Positions 51,597 through 64,000 of a DNA stretch of 64,000 bases are shown one piece after another (the stretch's first letter is position 1; each line of letters begins with the position of its first letter). The notes below the pieces were generated by a model. The model saw nothing but the letters and a program-made list of their open reading frames with translations. It ran no database searches and was not told where the DNA came from. Source of the DNA: Takakia lepidozioides (taxonomy: Eukaryota > Plantae > Bryophyta). Made by a program: the position numbers and the translations under genes. Location: positions 1,674,001 through 1,738,000 of the forward strand of contig CM060731.1 in NCBI GenBank assembly GCA_030704615.1. The letters are read 5' to 3'.

Positions 51597-53526
51597 ATGC
51601 ATTCTTTATGCTGCATTTCCCCTGTTCCTTTTGAGAGAGATTCGCAGCCCCTCTCTGATTCAAAACACAGCAAGATGCTCGCGGATTCCCAAACTCCGCA
51701 CAAATGCATAAAAGGGATCTCAAATCTCAACACAAGTCACATCACCAATTCAAGTAAAACCACACCTGCTGTTCCCCTCACTCTCCTTGTCACTAAAAAC
51801 GCATCCTCGTCTACAGATGTGAGTCCCGAACGTGAGGGTGGCAGGTCTTCTCCCTTGAGTGCCGGGGCTAAAGTGTTCACAGTAACTCCTAATGTGGCTG
51901 GAATCCCAAATCTCTCTGGTGAGCTTTACCAAGTAGTGGATGGCACTCCGACGTCCCAGGCCAGTGGAGCCACGAGTATTGCTGGAATTCTTTACAAGTG
52001 GGTCAACTTTGGCAAGGGATGGAGGCCCCGATGGTTTACGCTCCAACAGGGTGTCTTCTCCTACTACAAAGTGCATGGGCCGGAGAAAGTTGCAGTAAAC
52101 CACGAACGCTTTAAAGGCCTCCGGCTGATTGGAGAAGAAGCGCATCGGCTGGTGCGGAAGCAAAAGCTTGCTAATACGGATGACAAGAGTGGTGGGAAAG
52201 CCTCTGGAGAAGTGCATTTGAAGGTATCGTTTCCATGAAGATTTGTACCTCGCAGCTTTGCTCTATGTGGTGCTGGCAATTCTTCCCTCTATGACTGAAT
52301 CTTTAGATCATTACTATTCCAAATCTCGTTGTCCTCCTCTACCCTTTTTCATGCATCCCTTTTCTTGTCTGTAATTTTCACTGTACCGGAAACATCAATC
52401 GAGAATGTGCTGATCAGGTCTGCCAGTTGGAGCATTAGTTGCTTTAATACCCCTTTTGGTCCTCCTACATTTGACTGATTGCTTAGAGATTAGATTACAA
52501 TTCCAAATCTCGTTGTCCTCCTCTACCCTTTTTCATGCATCCCTTTTCCTTTCTGTTGTTTTGTGTGTATGGGAAACATCAATTGAGAATGAAATGCTTG
52601 GTGACAGGGTTGCAATCCTACAGCTGTTTGAAGCTGATGTATCTTATATCACTTGTGACTGACTGATCAGGGCTGCCAGTTGAGCATCAATTGCTTTTAT
52701 ATCCCTTTTGATCCTCCTACATTTGGTCAGATGTCAGTCACATGTCATGCAGATGTCATGATTCCTTTTCAAGAGAAAAGATATTTGTGTGAGGCCAGGT
52801 TGTGATGTACCAACGGATTTCTGCAGATTCAGCTGTATTTGAGTACATAATGCCCCAAAATTCTGAGTAAATTCATTGCAGGTGTGCTATAAGTGATTTC
52901 AGGGGACGTTCCTCACTAATTCTTGGACTTTCCTTTCTCCACACAGACAGATTCAAATCTCTTGGCTTATTGTTGCCTGGTGGTATTTTGCTTCTGTGGA
53001 AGATTTCTTCTCTTCGTGAAAGCAAGTCAGATGACAAGAAGTTCTATATCTACACTGGAACAAAGACACTTCATCTCCGAGCGGAAACTAAGGAAGATCG
53101 CACTGCATGGCTGGAGGCCCTACAAGGAGCCAAAGACTTGTTTCCTCGAAGTCCTGTGCTCTTTGGTCTAATATCTCAGGTGGAAGAGATCACAATTTCG
53201 ACAGAGAAGCTGAGGGTGAAGTTACATGAAAAAGGTTTGCCAGAAGAATTTGTACAGGAGTGCGAGGATATTATGCTGGGCGAGTTCTCTGAAGTGAAGG
53301 AACAACTGAAGCTTATGCAGCACCGGGGATTGTCCCTGCTAGAGAGGCTGCGGCTGCTAGAGGTAGCTATGGCAGCTTTCCTGCTCTGCTAGTCTAACCA
53401 GGGATGGAAATACACATTTGTTTGCTGGCTTTGTTGCTCTGGGGTTTCTTTAGAGAGGCATTTATGTCAAACTTCACATATTACCTGCCCGGTCCAACCA
53501 ACTGATAGCTATGAGAATATATATTT

Positions 53527-53560
<34 letters not shown>

Positions 53561-56500
53561 ATATATAAGGTGTAGAGGCAAAAGGTGCAGTTTGGCTTGG
53601 ATGGAGTTGTCTTGGTCACTGCAGACTATGTTGGCAGTTGTAGTGATGGACGGACCTTGGAATCAAGGATGTGGCAGAAGTCTTCTTGCCCGGATGATTG
53701 AATGAAAGTTGACTTCAAGGCATGAAATGCGACTAATTATTGAGATTTTAATCATTTTCTAACATTGATTGGGATGATTGGATCATGATCCTTGGTGAGG
53801 ACAGGCTGAGAAAGTGGAGTTGGAGACCACAGTGGTGGATGAAATGCAGAGTCAAGCAGGGGTTGGTGGTGTTCCTGGTCTTGGCAAGTACCATGGTACA
53901 TCTCTCTCTCTCTCTTTCTCTCTCTCTGTTCCGCTCCCGCTCAAACTGAGCGCGGGGTCAATGGCCACAAGGCTACGGCAAACAACGTCTTATGAGTATA
54001 TTCTCTCTCTCTCTCTCTCTCTCCTCAACCACTTCCTGGTTTGGACTGAGATCAAAAGGTGTTTTCCCAACACCAAGAGATTTGTGAAACGTTTGATTCG
54101 GAAGTGGCGCATAGATTAATTCCATAATGAAGAGGTCAAGGCTGAGTATGTTCAGGCCTTTCAAGAGGCTCTCCCTCATTTTGTCCACTCGCTCCAAGAC
54201 CTTCAGTCTCGCTCTGACAATGCAAGAAATGAAGTCAGAGAGTAGTGGATTCTTGGGAGAGTTTTGTCTCTGTGGCTGACAAGATCATTGGGAGGAAACT
54301 AATTGTCTGTGGTAGAGCTGTTAATTGGTGGACCAATGAGATTAAACTCAAGATAGCTGAGAGACGTGTCCTCTATAAAGAGTGCTGCAATTTGAAAACC
54401 AACAAAGAATTGTGGGCTAAGTACTACCAGATCCGCAAGGATATCAATCAGCTTGTAAGGTCTCACAAGAAATTATACTGGGACAAGCTATACAGTGAAA
54501 TAAACTCTAACCACCATGGTGGTAATGACAAGAGATTCTGGTTGGCCCTTCAACGATTGTACAAGCCGAAAAATTGTCAGCAAGTACAAGCGCTGAAGAC
54601 TACTAAGGGTGCAGTGGTGACTTCAACGGTTGACATTGTCAAAACCTTTGAAACCCACTACAGTATCCTTGGCAGAATTTCTAGGTCTAACAGTGAGGGG
54701 TCCTCTGAAAAATGTAAAGACAGTTGGAAAAACTGTTCCTATGATTCAAGACAGCCCTGATGAACTGGAGTATACTTCAAAGGCTTACAATGCTCCCATT
54801 AGTTCTTCTGAGATTGTGGAAGCAATTGAGCATTTAAACGGATATAAAGCTGGTGGACCTGATGGCTTAGTCAACGAGCTTATCAAGCACAGTGGCGATC
54901 ACGGTGGCGATCCCTTGATAGAGGCCCTAGTTCTTCTCTTTAACCTTATCTGGAGGACTGAAATGATCCCCTTTCGCTGGCGACAGGGGGTCATTGTCAA
55001 TCTATACAAGAAGGGTGACAGAGAAGAACCGGGGAACTACCAAGGCATCACGCACCTCAATGCTGTTGGCAAGATATTTTACAGAGTTGTAACTTGTATG
55101 CTCACACCAAAAGTTGTGTCACTGTTAATGGACAGAAGTCTAACTTCTTTGACATAGACCAAGGTGTAGCTCAAGGTTGTACCCTCTTCCCTCTGCTCTT
55201 CAATGTTTTCATCAATCAACTCCTCGAGGATGTGGTAAGTGAGGGATTTGGGTTAAGGGTGGGTGATGCCACCATACCAGCTGCGGATGACTTCGTAGGC
55301 ATAGGGGAGACTCCTTCCAACCTCCAGGAGTTGGATTGATAGAGATACTTTTACCTTCGGGGGCTAGAGGCTAACGTCAGTAAATGTGCAGTGGTGGCAT
55401 TCAACGACAGAGGAGAGGGAGGAAGTGATCTCAAGTGGCAGTGGGGTAGCCAAGAGATTCCGGTCCTCCCTTCCTTCACATACCTGGGCGTTGAGTTTTC
55501 CTCCAACTGTAACTGGGATGCACATATTCAGAAAGTTGTTCAAACTGGCAAGCGCAAAGCGCTGGGTCTCACTAAATTTTTCCACTGCAGAGGGATCAAC
55601 TCTGAGGTCAAGAAAACCATGCTTTGTCGCGTTATTAGACCTGCCTTGGAGTACGCATCTGCAATATGGGTTGATAACTCCAACCAGGCTAAGTCTCTAG
55701 AATCCATTCAAGTGGGGGTGCTTAAGGAGTGCATGTCAGCATGCTCCAAAACAGCCAATGTGGCTGTTCGGGGTGAGTTTGGCATCCCTGTCTTAAGCTC
55801 CCGACGAGATGAATTCAAGGTCAGATGGTGGGGTCAGCTGCAACATACGTCCAACATCAGATATCCTAAGTTAATCGACTCTATATCTTGGAAACAGGAC
55901 CGCCCTGTCAAACAGGCTAAGTCCTGGCAGAAGAGAGTAGAACAGATTCTCAAGGATCTGAATCTTAACCTGCAAGTCTTGACCCTGCTGGATAAATCTG
56001 ACTTCTACCCACTCTTGGCACTAGACTGAAATTTAAACTCAGGGCGGGAAGCCTACCTTTGAACAGCAAACAGAAGCAGAGAGGAAAGGGAGAGTGCAAT
56101 TGCCGGTTGTGTGGGCAACCTGAAGACAATATTCATTTTTTGATTCACTGTCCGGGGTTCTCTCACCAGAGAGACGCTCTCCTGAAATCTATCAAGGGAA
56201 TTGTGCCTGTACCTCTGTTTACCAACTTTGAAAGTCTCGAGGCTGAGCCAAAGGCCCAGGCCCTTCTGGGGCCTAGTTATTGGGCAAACCACACACAGCA
56301 GATTGATGCTTGTGTGAAGGGATTTCTAGAGGATATCTGGAAAACCCGGATCAATGTTTTATTTCCAAGGTAAGTCTTACTACCGACGTCAGCCCCTGAC
56401 AGAGGTAGGTTCTGTCCCTTTGTGTTCCGCTCAAACTGGGCGCAGGGTCAATGGCCACAAGGCTACGGCAAACAACGTCTTATGAGTACATTCTCTCTCC

Positions 56501-59500
56501 TCGTCCCTTTAGTTCCACCCAAACTGGGCGCGGGGTCTATGACCACAAGGCTACAGCAAACAACGTCTTATGAGTAGGTTTTTTCTCTCTTTCTCACAAT
56601 CTGTGCCATTATGGACAGCAGCAGGGGTAAATTGTCGTGTCAGGCTAGGACCTTTCGAGTAAAACCTGCATATAAATCTTGATGTGCACTGCTCCTGTGT
56701 AGGTTCTCTGAATCAAAAACGAAATGCTTCCAAAGCCTTTGTTGTTTGTAGGCATGAATAAGTCTAGGGAATGTCAAACCTGAAGGAAGCAGCTATTTTT
56801 TATCTCTTACATTATTTAATCTGAAATGAGATGAGAAAGAAGGTACCCCACCCAAATCCCCCCTCAGGCTTATTGCTTTGTTCTATGAGGAAATATCAAC
56901 ATAACAGAGGTTTGTTTTTCCACATGGGATCATATTTAAAACTTTGGCCCATCATTTCCTTACCACCAGAGTTTCTGCCCAGGTCTTGCCAAGGAGGAAA
57001 GGATGACCACCCAGTGTCTTGTATGTTTTTCAATTATCCTCAGCAGCAAATGTGACCTTGGTTGCAAATTGGTCCTGTGCTTGGTTAACAGGAGGGAGTG
57101 ACACAGAGTCAGATGATTACAATGGCAAGGAAGTGATTGGTGATGTCGAGACGGACGACGAAGATGATATTTTCTTTGACACAAAAGAATCGCTCAGGAG
57201 TTTCTCGAGTTCCTCACTGTTGCTCCAGGAGTCATCCCATGATCTTGGCTCACCAGAACACAGCACCAAGGGTGCAGAAGTTCAGATGGATTTAGTTGGC
57301 TTTGACTACCCGGCAGTCAAGCGAAGAAAAGGCCTTCCAGATCCAAAGGAACAGGAAAAGAGTGTCAGTCTGTGGTCAATGATCAAGGACAACATTGGCA
57401 AGGATCTCACCAGGGTTTGCCTGCCAGTTTACTTCAATGAGCCAATATCATCCTTGCAGCGGTGCTTTGAGGATTTGGAGTACTCGTACCTGCTCGATCG
57501 TGCATCTGAGTGGGGGAAAAGGGTGAGTTTCAAGTCCAAGATCATCTTTACATTTTCGTTGGTATTTATTATGTTGCATGATTATGTTGTTATGACCAGT
57601 GCAGGGTGGATCAAGCCAATTTAAACGTTGGTGTTTTCAACAAAACTTGGAAATGTGTTAAATGTAGCTGATATGCCAACACTACTTGGGGTGGTTTGCT
57701 GACCTTTGGCCATCAAGTCTGCTTTCTCAACTACATTTTTGTGCAGGGTAATAGCCTTATGAGAATCCTGCTTGTAGCCACGTTTGCTGTCTCAGGCTAT
57801 TCATCAACGGAGGGCCGCACATGTAAGCCTTTCAACCCATTGCTGGGGGAGACATACGAGGCAGATTTTCCTGACAAGGGTCTCCGCTTCTTTTCCGAGA
57901 AGGTGGGTTTTGCAGCTTTCCCTCTTGTGGAACTGTCATGGAATCTCGGCAGGGTAAAAGTGATGAATTTGCTATGTTGTTCTTCAAAGCATGGCATGTG
58001 TTATGTCGTGGATAAGAGAGGCGTACCAATTACTTTGGTGGTAAACGAATCAGTTGCTTACCTCCACAAGACTCTACATATTTGGGTTGCATACACCTTT
58101 AAACCAACGTATCATCACATGAATGTATGCGTTACATGTTTGCTTTGTCTCATGTTGGATGAAATCAGTTTTCTAACCTTGAGATGTAAATGCAGGTCAG
58201 TCATCACCCGATGATTGTGGCGTGCCATTGTGAGGGCCGAGGCTGGAAGTTTTGGGCAGACTGTAACCTGAAAAGTAAGTTTTGGGGACGTTCGATTCAG
58301 GTGGACCCTGTCGGCACACTGACCCTTGAGTTTGACGATGGTGAAATTTTTCAATGGACCAAGGTACTCGGATTTCTACCCTTGGACAGGAAACTATGGA
58401 CAACACTTCTCCATTCCAATTAAAACATACTTGATTAGCAAAGATGTTTTCATGGATGCTGTCGAGGTTACCACACAAACAACTTCTTTGGTTATCAACT
58501 GTCACTGTCTAGAGATGTGTGACGTAGCACCCATAACTCTGAAGTCATGTTCGCATGAAGACAAAGAAATGCGCCCCCTTCCGTCTGGTGGCCCACGCAG
58601 CTCCTCCCAACGATCCGACGTGGGTCCATCCGTGGCATGTCTACACCCAACGTCCGTTCTTGGGTTTAGCCACCCACGTGTCAGCTTTGACAGCCTATCA
58701 GCAAAGGAAACTGCCTGTATCAAGAAGCTTGGAGCAAGGATAGCATGTCCGAGAGCAGGGCTAGCATGAACTTCTGTGTTTTTTTTGCTTTTCCTATCAC
58801 AGATGAGAGAAGATGATAGAAGTGGATAAGCACATATTCTGTTGTTTTTCCTTTGTCATATTTTGCACTATAGCCTGTAAGCAGCTGGAAGGTGACCGGT
58901 ATTTGCAGTTATGATCGTTTTTCTTTCTTCAAATGCACATAATGCTATTAAAATGTCTCCAACGGCGTGTAAGTTTCTGCCTCGCACTAAATCACCTGCT
59001 CTACAGGGCCCTTCATACCCCTAAATCTCAATAGGCAAGCAAGCTGACTGTACAAGCCCTGCCAAGTATAAGGAGGCTTCCCACAATCGAATTTGGCCAT
59101 ATTCCCTGCATAATTTAGCCGTGAAACTAACCAAAATAGAAATGGGAACGAACAATTATGTCAGTTGGAGGCATGCGTTTCTTTTATATTCAGATCTTGT
59201 GTCGTCTGGTGGGATTGTAGGTGACGACATCAATCTACAATCTGATTTTGGGGAAGCTTTATGTCGATCACTACGGCACTATGCGCATCCAGGGGAACCG
59301 TGAGCTGTCTTGTAAGCTGAAGTTCAAGGAGCAGTCGATTATTGATCGCAACCCTCACCAGGTACATCACACCCTTTCTTTCCAAGCCAGAGGTTTAGGA
59401 ACTTTTGTCACTACACAGAAAGGAGATTGTACTTCTGATTATGTCCAATGCTTTCTTTGTAGAACAGCATTGTCGATCTTGACAACTGCTAGATTCTCAC

Positions 59501-60936
59501 AACTTGGTATTACCAGTGGCAACAGCTCATATAGACTTAAAATTGAACATTGCAAACAGGTGCAAGGGTTTGTCCACAACAAAAGTGGAGAGAAGCTGGC
59601 AACTCTTTTTGGCAAGTGGGATGAGGCTATGTCGTATGTCATGGGTGATGCTGGCGAGAAACACAAAGGCTATGATCCCATGTGTGAGGCAGTCATGTTG
59701 TGGCGGCGTAATGACCCTCCGCAGAAAATGACTCGCTATGGTCTCACTTCATTTGCCATGACTCTGAACGAGCTTACCCCAGGGCTGAAGGTATGCTTTG
59801 GAGATTCCAAGGACCACTCATAAGGTTATTATGTCCACATAATGTTTTTTATTTTTCTCTCCTTGAGGAAGAATCACAATTGTGTGTCATCACAACCACC
59901 CTTTATTTGTCCAAGGCTGATGCTAAATCCTAAAATGTCTTTGTTGACGATTGGGCTTGGCCTGGACTTAATATTTTTCTCAACAGAAGAACAATAGTGG
60001 CAAAGCTTGTGCCAGAAATCTGATTCTGGCCCTGATATATGATGTACAGGAAAGGTTGCCTCCAACGGATGCACGGTTACGGCCAGATCAGCGACACTTG
60101 GAGAACGGAGAGTATGATGCTGCCAATGCCGAAAAATTACGGCTTGAAAAGAAACAGCGACGAGTGAGTTAAGGCTGACCCTCTGATATCTATATATCCC
60201 ATTATGGCAGGATGCTGAGACGGTAGGCATGAGTTGTCTTAATGCAGTTCAGGCATTTGAACATGTATGTGTGTATTGTTGCAGTCCTTCCGTTAGTGAA
60301 TGTTTGGCATCCAAGCCCTAAACATCCAAGTCAATGTTTAGGGCATCTTATTGCAGAAGAAAAAGGTGATCTCTTTTAGTGGCTTGACTTGGCTTGGTTT
60401 CATGTTTTTAATTGTTTCTTCCATTTTCCAAGTGTACAAAGAAAACAGTAGTCTCAGGTTGTTGGGTATGGCATTTCCATTCAATTGGGTGAGTTGCTTG
60501 TGTGTTTGTGGTTCTGCCTGAGGATCCAAAGCCCAGAGATGCAGTATTCTTCATTGGGGGTTAAAAGCTCTTCACCTCTCCTGCTTGGGTTTGCTGGCTC
60601 TTTTTATCTCTATCAGAAGCACAGTATCTGGATTGTCTTTGGCATGACCAAGCAATTTGATACTTAGTTGGACATCCTGGTGTTTAAAACCCAACATCTG
60701 GCTCTGGGAAGATTATGTAAGAGGTGGTTTAACCCCTTGACTATCTGATGATGCAACAGGCACGGACTCTGCAGGAGACAGGGTGGCAGCCACAGTGGTT
60801 CCGGAAAGGAAAGGGCAAGGACAGTTTTGAATATCAAGGGGGCTACTGGGAGGCAAGGAAAGAAGGACGGTGGGTTAACTGCCCTGATATATTTGGATTG
60901 GATGCAGCAACCTGTGATAACCAAAACAATGATTGA
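51597..60936 (+). CDS. Oxysterol-binding protein-related protein with a PH domain (plant ORP1/ORP2-like); exons 51597-52223, 53003-53362, 53805-53895, 57092-57522, 57747-57902, 58196-58363, 59221-59361, 59560-59790, 60050-60163, 60760-60936
   Basis: PH domain [18 protein letters not shown]; FFAT-like DIFFDT; ORD motifs [38 protein letters not shown]; all introns GT-AG and in phase. Confidence 0.95.
53931..56590 (+). mobile_element. 5'-truncated, internally deleted non-LTR retrotransposon (LINE) in ORP intron 3, with three copies of its 3' end
   Basis: [42 protein letters not shown] and C-terminal CRLC...HFLIHC; 3' motif plus CT-rich tail at ~53935-54023, ~56427-56500 and ~56515-56590. Confidence 0.9.
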
Positions 60937-61585
60937 AGGGAAGAGTTATGAGTGAGACTACAGTGTGAAGATGAACCCCCAGATTGATGTTTTACTCTGT
61001 AACAGTAGTGCAGTGTCCTCAATTGTTCTTACGATGGTAGACATCTGATGTTAATTGTGTGGCCTTTGTATGGCGGAGCAGTCAAGTGTTGGTCACTGTG
61101 GATGGCAGACATACTCCTACATTGTAACAGCCAGTATTCTTCTAAATACAGATTCGTGTATCTGGAATAATGTGTGTTATATTCTGTGTCCTCTCTGCCT
61201 ATTTACCCATCTTGGTTTCCATTTGTCCTGCTTTAAGTGGCCTTCTGATAGCAGCCCTCATTTTGGCATTTACGGGAGTAACCACGTTATTCAACCACCG
61301 TATCTAGACCATTTTTTTCTGATTTCCTAGGCATCCATGCTGTTCTTGCATCTTCACAACATCCTTACTAGGATATGTGGAACTATTTCTCATCATAGCT
61401 GATCAAAAGGGTTTATTAGAAGCAAAAATGGATTGCATATGGCCATGGAAGAGCACAGTATACATGTATGAATTACCAAGGATTTGATGTCAAGCAGACT
61501 TTGGTCTCAAACAATTAGGGACAATCACATTGGATACAAAATCTATGAACCGTTTGGGACTTGGAAGTCCCCATTGCCAATCCCA

Positions 61586-63465
61586 TCATCTAGCCCAACA
61601 TGTAATGCTTGAGGGATCCAACTCTCGCCGCCGTTCATAGTGCCTCTTCTTGTCATCTTCTGCAGTATCGCCATGTCTTGTGTCCTCATGATGCAAATCT
61701 GTGCTGATAGTCACCCTTTTGGGTAGTTTTGATATTGCATCAATCCAGCTCCACGGGAATTGCACATCTTCAAGTTGTACACCCCCTATTCTTACACTTC
61801 CCATCATTCCTTGCATATCTAAAAGCCCCTGGCCTTCTCCAAGAGGAAGGTTATCGGGCATACTTTTTTCATCACTGTTCTTTCGTCGTAAATTTTCCGC
61901 TTCCTCAACCCTTTCGTGGAGTTTGACAATGGTGCGAATGGCTCACTATGGCTATTTGTTAGCACATGCCCCAGTTGCATTCCTCTAATATTTGGGAGGT
62001 AAGTCCCTTGTGGTTGCAAGTCTCTTGTATATGGAGGTTCTTCATATTTCTCATCATGTTTGTCAAAGTTTATTCTCAGCTGCATCTCCCTTCCTCCATC
62101 CTTCTCTTCATCCTTCGCGCCCATTCTTCCATTGTTTGCAGATTTTCCTCCTTCCCTTCTCAAATCTATTGCACCCAATTGTCTGCCATCTCTCAGCGAT
62201 CCATTGACTTCCTCATTCGTTTTAGTCGTAGTAATGCCTTTGGGCTCACCCCATTGCTCCTTGAGGACCTTCTCCATACCATGGAGAGCAATATTAGATA
62301 ACAAAGAACCATCCATTTTCTCTCCATTTTCCTTCAAAGACACGTCTACAATTATACTAACATTTTTCCCATTAGATTCTTTGTCATCAACACAATTCTG
62401 TTTATCTTCCTCATTCCCTTTCCGTTTATCAATCCCCCCTTTAGTTTTTGTTTGTTCTTCACCACCTTCTACTTTTTTCGGTTGCTTGTTTTGTACATTT
62501 GAAGACTTACTTCTTCCATCAATTTTTCCCCCTTTCACAATTCCCCCTCTGGTTCTCTCCTTCCGCTGAGCTTTGCCAACCCTTGCGACGACATCTGTCC
62601 TTAACGACGGAGATGGAGTTACATTTCGTCCATGAGTCTTTTTCGAGGACAAACTCTCTTTGCAACTTTCCTTTGGGCCGCTCTTTCGCTCTTTCGGGGT
62701 CGCAGGCTTTGTCTTGTCTGGACTGCCTTGCCCATCTTTCTTACATTTATCAACCGTCGACGGAATTTTAGTGCAAAAGTCCAAAGTTCGGCCATCATCC
62801 TTGGGGTTGTTATCCACTTCCGGTACGCGCCGCGGTGCCTTGGACAAACCTTTGTTTGATCGTCCATTTTCCTTCTCGTTTTCCACTTCCGTCACCTCCT
62901 GGTTGGACGAAGCACCTTGGCTGTCAACTTGTCCCTGCTCTTTTCCAGTCATTTTTACTGGACGGATCTGGGAGTCATTGTCGTTGTCATATGCATCCAG
63001 CTTTCTCTCGGCTTCTCCTGCCTCACGAAATAGTTTGGTCAAACAATTACGAATGAAGGGGGAGGAGTCCGCATCGATACTGGGTCGACCATCCTTCATG
63101 TTGAGGGTGACGATGATGGATTCATACGCTGGATCCTTGTTGCTATGAGAACCAAGACCAAGACTTTTGGAGATATTCACGGAACGATATGGATCAACGT
63201 GCTTCTTCCATCCGTCTCGTAAACCCTCGCACTGTGGGCGCGCAGGTCCACAAGTTGGGTCCTCCATCTCTTCCTTCCATTTTCCCATCTCAGCGCACTC
63301 AATTAGCAGCTCGCGTCCCGCAATGCATCCCTTACATTCTTCGAATGTACTCTCTTTTGAAATCTCGCAATGACCTCGGAGGTTCCACCCATATGTGCGA
63401 TCATACTCTGTGGCTTGTGTTTGTTCGTCCGTCTTGTCACAAGCAGCAAGTCGACTTCTATACAT
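61586..63465 (-). CDS. Unknown intronless K/E/D-rich ORF (548 aa, possibly continued by a frameshift to 61586)
   Basis: Long open frame with low-complexity charged composition; no recognisable domain; may be TE-derived. Confidence 0.35.
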
Positions 63466-64000
63466 CTCTCCTGCACTATTCGATATTGTTCACAAACAAG
63501 ATCCAAGAGAATGATAACAACTATCTTTTGTATTGCTAGAGAGAGACATAACTAGGGTTTGTACTCATTTTGTGTGGAGGAGGAGATATATTGTTAAGAT
63601 TCGAAGATGAAAATCATGATTATTGTTTGAAGAATACACTAAAAAAAAGGATACAAGACTCTTCTGCACTGCTTTGCACTTGGTTTATTCGTGATAATTT
63701 TAGAGCTAGGTGGATCGTAAGGGTTCACCCCCTTGGTTTCTCTTCACCCTCATGTAGGGGCATGGTTCCATTCTGACTACGGTGTGTGTGCCTTATAGTG
63801 TAACCGGGGTTTAATTTTTTTCCCCTTAATAAGTTTTAAATAAAAGTTAACCAGGGCCTCTGTTCCTGTTCTGTTAAAAAAAGAAAAAAGAAAATATACA
63901 GATATTTTCGTGATCTTTGTACCACAAATACTTCGTATGGCTTATTTATGTAGACAACTTAACATGCACAAATGTTTCTAGCGTCGTCTTACCTTGTACT

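Noticed and set aside
52317-52725. Short duplication in ORP intron 1 and (CA)n at ~53529
   Set aside because: Ordinary local duplication and microsatellite with no further structure

Overview
Eukaryotic, spliced land-plant genomic DNA (probably a non-seed plant; this is an inference). Two conserved host genes, the 3' end of a COV1/LCV-like gene (85-928) and a 10-exon PH-domain OSBP-related gene (51597-60936), flank a ~48 kb island of nested transposons. The island holds two Ty3/gypsy chromovirus copies (one full length with TSD), Copia and non-chromovirus gypsy fragments, and a gypsy-like gag-protease element carrying a C5 cytosine DNA methyltransferase domain. The main finding is two related, partial copies of a large Mutator-like DNA transposon (9447-26651 and 37367-48979) that share a terminal inverted repeat. 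Together they give the layout TIR - pair of unknown ORFs - palindrome array - intron-containing ParB-like/amino-methyltransferase gene - palindrome array - MULE/SWIM transposase - palindrome array - TIR. Each copy carries dozens of its own 22-bp palindrome (GGAAATTCGGCGCCGAATTTCC vs GGAAATGCGGCGCCGCATTTCC), mostly spaced at whole helical turns; in copy 2 the palindrome also occurs inside introns. This suggests a transposon-encoded ParB/parS-like, sequence-specific DNA-binding or DNA-modification system. All protein calls come from motif recognition by eye; no searches were run.
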